Below, one piece after another: positions 44,338 to 48,209 of a stretch of 48,209 nucleotides of DNA (position 1 is its first letter; the number at the start of each line of letters is the position of its first letter). The notes under the pieces were generated by a model. That model was not told where the DNA came from. It worked only from the letters and a program-made list of their open reading frames with translations, and made no database searches. This stretch comes from Patescibacteria group bacterium (lineage in GTDB: Bacteria > Patescibacteriota > Minisyncoccia > UBA6257 > 2-01-FULL-56-20). Location: contig JAGXBC010000005.1 in NCBI GenBank assembly GCA_018971305.1, forward strand, positions 1 through 48,209. Reading direction: 5' to 3'. The position numbers and the translations under genes are program-made.

Positions 44338-46062
44338 TTAAATATTGAATGCGAGATTTTCCGGGTTGACGCCGTATTCCTTCGCCCTCTTTTTTATCTC
44401 CTCGTTCACATATGGCATCAACGATTCCGACTTAATATTCGGAAGCACATCCGCCATAAACCGCTGTATCGCGCTTTCAAATATCCGTTTTCCACGATCG
44501 TCAAGTTTTGATTCATCGAAACCAGCTTGCTGGAATTGTGTCGCATATTGTTTGTCGGCAGCAGGAATCAAATCGCTAAATATCTCGCGCATCGTCCTTC
44601 CACCTCTTGGTTGTATATCGGGATTGCGGCTCAAAACATCCATCGCGGTACCTTGCCAAACATCACGAAGGAATTTCGCCCGCACCGCATTGAAAGAGGT
44701 ATTCTTATCGCCCGCACGGCTGAACTTTTGGTTTTGATATTCGGAAGGCTCCTCGGCTGCTCCCACGCCGCTAGCGGCTTCAGCGACGAGTGGCGGTAAC
44801 GGCCTGCCCTTGAGCCACTCCGGATTTTCATCTGAGATCTTTTGAAGCAATTCTGCTATTTTCGATCCGTTCTCTTTATCCGAGTAAAAAACCATTCTAT
44901 CCAAGCGCCGAGCATCGGACTTGGTTGGTTTCTGTAGCGAGAAATCGATCATCTTGAAGTAGTAGGGAACTTTCTCGCTCTGAGCGAGTTCGGCAAATTT
45001 CTTCGCGAGTTGCGGCAATATTTCCTTCGGCGGATTCAAATAAAGCCGAACTTCGATTTTTGCCGCCTCATAGGTATAACCATCCTTGCGGTGGCTATGA
45101 AAATGCAGAAACGGATTGTTGCGCATTCCCTCTTCGCCAAGGCCATCTTGATATGAAACTGCGGATATTTCGTTGAGGTCAGGATATTTTCTATAGAGAT
45201 CTCTCAACTCCTTGCTGCTTTTCGGTCTCGGTAAAGTTTCTATAAGATCGAATGTCTTTTTAAGTGCCGGACGCTTCGCCAAAACGCGCTCCTTGTTCGC
45301 ACTCATGTTTTCCCGCCATGATCCGTAAAAACCGAGCAGTAATTCCTCGTAATCCTTAGGGTCAGCATCTTTCTCTGCCTCCATCGCCTTGGCAGTCGGT
45401 GATTCAATATCGTCGGATAGTTCTCTCGACGTGAGAAATTGATAGAACTGATTTTCGCCAACAACAAACTGCGCTTTCTCTTTTTTTCGATATTCCTCAA
45501 ATGCGGTGAATGCTGACTGCATCGATTTCACGTCAGCGACACCGTACTCTCGCTTGAGGCGGTCAAAAAGATTTTCTGGTTTCTTTTCGGTTTCAATCCC
45601 AAGGTCTTTTTTAATCGCCTGCAATTTTTCTGTAGCCGCAGCATCTGATTGTTTTCTTTTCTCTTCCTGCTGTCGGGTTCGTGCTTCAGCAACCAATTTT
45701 TTACTCTCATCCTCACCCAACGTGCCAACCGCCCGATTGCGCAAGCGTTGCAGTTTTTCTTTGATCTGAAAACCTCCCCAATATTGATCAACGCCCTGCT
45801 TTTTATACCACTCACGCTGCGATGCCACGTACGCTTCAATGTTTCCTTTATACCCCTCGGCAAGATCGAAAAACTCAGGAGATTGTTTCATCTCTTCGGG
45901 AATATTGCTCCATAACGCCCCGATTTCTTCGGTGTCGGCGGCGATCATTTTTTCTACGGGCTCTCTTTGCGGAGCTTCAAACTCTTCGGAAGCTTTCCCT
46001 TTCATGGCATCCTCGTTTTCGACGCCCGCCATCTTTTGATTTTGAGGGTTTTCGAAGCTCAT
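44338..46062 (-). CDS. Hypothetical 574-aa protein (charged coiled-coil-like N-terminal half, globular C-terminal half)
   Basis: It is a long uninterrupted ORF with an ATG start. I recognise no family. Confidence 0.7.
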   Translation of the reverse strand: MSFENPQNQKMAGVENEDAMKGKASEEFEAPQREPVEKMIAADTEEIGALWSNIPEEMKQSPEFFDLAEGYKGNIEAYVASQREWYKKQGVDQYWGGFQIKEKLQRLRNRAVGTLGEDESKKLVAEARTRQQEEKRKQSDAAATEKLQAIKKDLGIETEKKPENLFDRLKREYGVADVKSMQSAFTAFEEYRKKEKAQFVVGENQFYQFLTSRELSDDIESPTAKAMEAEKDADPKDYEELLLGFYGSWRENMSANKERVLAKRPALKKTFDLIETLPRPKSSKELRDLYRKYPDLNEISAVSYQDGLGEEGMRNNPFLHFHSHRKDGYTYEAAKIEVRLYLNPPKEILPQLAKKFAELAQSEKVPYYFKMIDFSLQKPTKSDARRLDRMVFYSDKENGSKIAELLQKISDENPEWLKGRPLPPLVAEAASGVGAAEEPSEYQNQKFSRAGDKNTSFNAVRAKFLRDVWQGTAMDVLSRNPDIQPRGGRTMREIFSDLIPAADKQYATQFQQAGFDESKLDDRGKRIFESAIQRFMADVLPNIKSESLMPYVNEEIKKRAKEYGVNPENLAFNI

Positions 46063-46106
46063 ATTATTGAAATCATTTTATCAATTTTGAGACATTTAGT
46101 AAAGCT

Positions 46107-47444
46107 CTACCGGACAATTTTTATAACCTTATTTGCGATTACAAGTTTGTCCTTCAACATCCCCAGTAACTCGCGCTTCTCCGTCGGTGTCCCTTCGTTG
46201 AGGACATACGTTGCGTAACTTCTCGCATTAAATTCAATTTCTTGCTGCACCGCTTTTTTCTGCCCGAGGAAAACTTTAGTGAATTTGCCGATCCGATGCA
46301 TTTCTTCGTCGAACCGTTTTCTGATATCGGTCTCGTTGATATCCATCTGACCAATAATTTCGATGAGTTGTTTGATCAGTTCTTCCTCGCGCAGATACTG
46401 ATTTTTGCAATGGAGGTTTTTTGAGCGACTGCACCCGTAGTAAACGTAGCGCACGGTCTGTCCGGTAGTTTTCAGTGTTTTGAATTTTTCCTCGGCGGTG
46501 ATGCCGGAACCGCAGAGGCCGCACGTCATCAATTTCGTGAAGGCGAATTCCTTACTCTCACCGCGGACGATTTTGTCGCGCTTGATCCATTCCTGCGCTT
46601 TTTCATAAACCTCTCGTGTGATAAGCGGCTGGTGTTTTCCCGTGTACCAGTTCCCGCTTCCGGCGGGATATTCATATACGCCGTAATAAAATGTCGTTTC
46701 AAGTAACCGATAAATATTCCCAAGCGTGAGCGGCTTGTTACTCGTTACGCTCCGGAAATTCATGTCGAACTTGAGCCAGTGATAAAGTTTACGGCCAGAC
46801 CAATGTTCGTAGGCGACTTTTTCAAACATCTGCTTTACGATGGGCGCACGCTCAGGGTCGACAAGCACGTGGCCCTTTCTATCCATACGTTTCTCGTTCA
46901 GATATCCGGTCGGCGCAGGTGCGGGCCAGAGGCCCATCTCGCAGCGCATCCGAAGGCCGCGCTTCACGTTCACGCTTTTCTGGTCGTTTTCCAGTTTCCC
47001 TTGAGCGCCAAGAATCATAAGCAAGAACTTCTCGCTTGGCGAATTTGTAAATCGTTGGCCGAAGGTTCGTACCTCGATCAATAATTTCTGATCCATGAGA
47101 TCAACGAGCGACCCTAAGTCCCCCGCGTTGCGACTCAACCTGTCCGGTGCCCAAGTAAGTATTCCCGTATATCTGCCACTGCGGAGGTCCTTAATAATTT
47201 CATTGAAGACGGGCCGCTGGCCGGAATCCTTCGCGGAGTGTGACTCGCGCCGGATGTCGACAATCTCCAGCCCGTCGCGCTCGGCGATCTGCAGCATCTC
47301 CTTCACTTGGCTGTCTATGCTCAAGGCTTGCTTCTCGTCCTGCTCGGTGCTTTTCCTTGCATACAGCACGTATTTGACCTTTATCTCTGCCGGGATTGCT
47401 GCGGGGGCTCCCGGTCCCTTGGCCCCCATGGTTTGGATAGTCAT
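46107..47444 (-). CDS. Large serine recombinase (resolvase catalytic domain + recombinase domain + zinc ribbon)
   Basis: The catalytic region is YVLYARKSTEQDEKQALSIDSQ. The DRLSRN motif and the zinc ribbon CGLCGS...YYGCSRSKNLHC are present. The start is uncertain: the ATG at 47444 or 47429 is preferred over the TTG at 47534. Confidence 0.88.
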   Translation of the reverse strand: MTIQTMGAKGPGAPAAIPAEIKVKYVLYARKSTEQDEKQALSIDSQVKEMLQIAERDGLEIVDIRRESHSAKDSGQRPVFNEIIKDLRSGRYTGILTWAPDRLSRNAGDLGSLVDLMDQKLLIEVRTFGQRFTNSPSEKFLLMILGAQGKLENDQKSVNVKRGLRMRCEMGLWPAPAPTGYLNEKRMDRKGHVLVDPERAPIVKQMFEKVAYEHWSGRKLYHWLKFDMNFRSVTSNKPLTLGNIYRLLETTFYYGVYEYPAGSGNWYTGKHQPLITREVYEKAQEWIKRDKIVRGESKEFAFTKLMTCGLCGSGITAEEKFKTLKTTGQTVRYVYYGCSRSKNLHCKNQYLREEELIKQLIEIIGQMDINETDIRKRFDEEMHRIGKFTKVFLGQKKAVQQEIEFNARSYATYVLNEGTPTEKRELLGMLKDKLVIANKVIKIVR

Positions 47445-47513
47445 ACCCAAAGGGAGCCGCCGATCCCCGAGGAAGTCCAGACCCTCGCTACAAGGCCACG
47501 AAGCTCCCGATAA

Positions 47514-48057
47514 GGCAAATGAGACACGGCGCAATACCCCTTAAAAGTGTCTCATTTATCTCATTTGCCCAAAAACCCCTTATTTTATAGGCATCGATTT
47601 TTCCAAATGAGACACCGATCTGTCCCACCGAGACACTCGTTTTTGTGTCTCAAGTTTTCCATTTCGGACACGTCCGAAATGGCCTTCCAGTGTCCGATTT
47701 ATCCGAAATGGCCCTCGTGGAACACCCGAAATGGAACACGAAAACACGCCCCATTGAGTCCCATTTGTTCTATTTGGCACGGCGGAATGGCGCACGAAAA
47801 AGTGCCTATGCCGTGTGCCATTTGTGCCATTTTCCCTCAAAATGTTACACGTCAAAGCTGTGTAACATTTGTAACATTTTGGAGCGTTGCATTAGAGATG
47901 TTGCATTTCGGATCCCCTAAAAATCCTTATTTTTCAAGCCCTAGTCAGTTACCCCGTCCCGAAAGCGTCGTTTCCCAAATGTTACACATCGCGCTGCATT
48001 TGTTGCATGTTGCATTTTGGACAGCGTCCGAAATCCCCTTTTTATAGTGTCTAAAAT
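47514..48057. repeat. Dense array of related inverted and tandem short-repeat modules sharing the scaffold AAAT[G/C]-NNN-CAC
   Basis: At least six modules have distinct cores. Examples are AAATGAGACAC/GTGTCTCATTT, the 24-bp perfect palindrome CCATTTCGGACACGTCCGAAATGG (47659-47682), GTGTGCCATTTGTGCCATTTT (47813-47833) and AAATGTTACAC-9 nt-GTGTAACATTTGTAACATTTT (47840-47880). The findings section lists all of them. Confidence 0.8.
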
Positions 48058-48095
48058 GTCGGGTAATGTAAGTCAGATGGTACAGCTTCGCTATC

Positions 48096-48209
48096 ATGAA
48101 AAGCATGTACCACATCAATCAAATACCGTCGGAGCGGCAAATCAAGAAATTCATTCGCCGTACTGTGTTCGGGAAGAACGTGTTCTGTCCCGTGTGCCGG
48201 TCTCGAAAG
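48096..48209 (+). CDS. IS1595-like transposase, N-terminal fragment (runs off window end)
   Basis: The ATG at 48096 opens MKSMYHINQIPSERQIKKFIRRTVFGKNVFCPVCRSRK. This resembles the N-terminal zinc-ribbon region of IS1595-family transposases, and only 38 codons are visible. Confidence 0.4.
   Translation, partial: MKSMYHINQIPSERQIKKFIRRTVFGKNVFCPVCRSRK

Larger units (their letters stand above)
44316..48057. mobile_element. Candidate ~3.7 kb serine-recombinase island next to tRNA-Gln (boundaries tentative)
   Basis: The direct repeats ATAGTGTCCCTAAAAT (44316-44331) and ATAGTGTCTAAAAT (48044-48057) bracket the orphan ORF, the recombinase and the repeat array. Confidence 0.3.

Noticed and set aside
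47547-48047. A 166-aa ORF, together with the overlapping ORFs 47645..47920 and 47580..47855, as possible protein-coding genes.
   Set aside because: They have a GTG start and no SD. Their His/Cys/Phe/Pro-rich composition is dictated by the DNA repeats, and ORFs are open in several frames and on both strands, as expected for repeat DNA. I treat the region as non-coding, but this should be tested by conservation analysis.
47514-48057. A CRISPR array.
   Set aside because: The repeat units are only 7-11 bp, differ between modules and are arranged as inverted plus tandem copies. There are no regularly spaced 25-40 bp repeats or unique spacers, and no cas genes in the window.

Overview
The window looks like a chromosomal segment from a small-genome Candidate Phyla Radiation (Patescibacteria/Parcubacteria-like) bacterium. 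This placement is an inference from three things: a divergent 16S, housekeeping enzymes that have lost accessory domains, and a minimal type IV pilus operon. The standard genetic code fits, because TGA is used as a stop.

Content, left to right:
- The 5' ~890 nt of a 16S rRNA on the minus strand, then rpmE.
- A sensor-less histidine kinase and two stand-alone receiver proteins.
- An RF1 that lacks domain 1.
- Nudix, ndk and aspS, then mgtC and mgtA.
- An RNase P RNA of about 765 nt, roughly twice the usual size.
- A nucleotide and phosphate metabolism block: a MazG-like Cys-rich protein, RNase H1 with a hybrid-binding domain, a DHH phosphoesterase, a Nudix protein, an IMPase and pgk.
- A membrane-anchored TraD/VirD4-like ATPase, a GT-C glycosyltransferase, rplU and galT.
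- A cell-envelope and division block: PBP2, mreDCB, proS, mraY, a DD-carboxypeptidase, ddl and scpBA.
- dnaX.
- A seven-gene type IV pilus-like operon that includes an LVIVD beta-propeller carrying a pilin N-terminus.
- tRNA-Gln(CTG).
- A ~3.7 kb island holding an orphan 574-aa ORF, a large serine recombinase and a ~550 bp non-coding array of related repeat modules, followed by the 5' end of an IS1595-like transposase gene.

The observations I rank highest are the repeat-module array with the recombinase island, the oversized rnpB, the domain-1-less RF1 and the pilin-LVIVD fusion.

CDS coordinates follow the supplied ORF track, with starts trimmed where an internal ATG is better supported. Coordinates I derived by hand for RNAs, motifs and repeats may be off by 1-2 nt.
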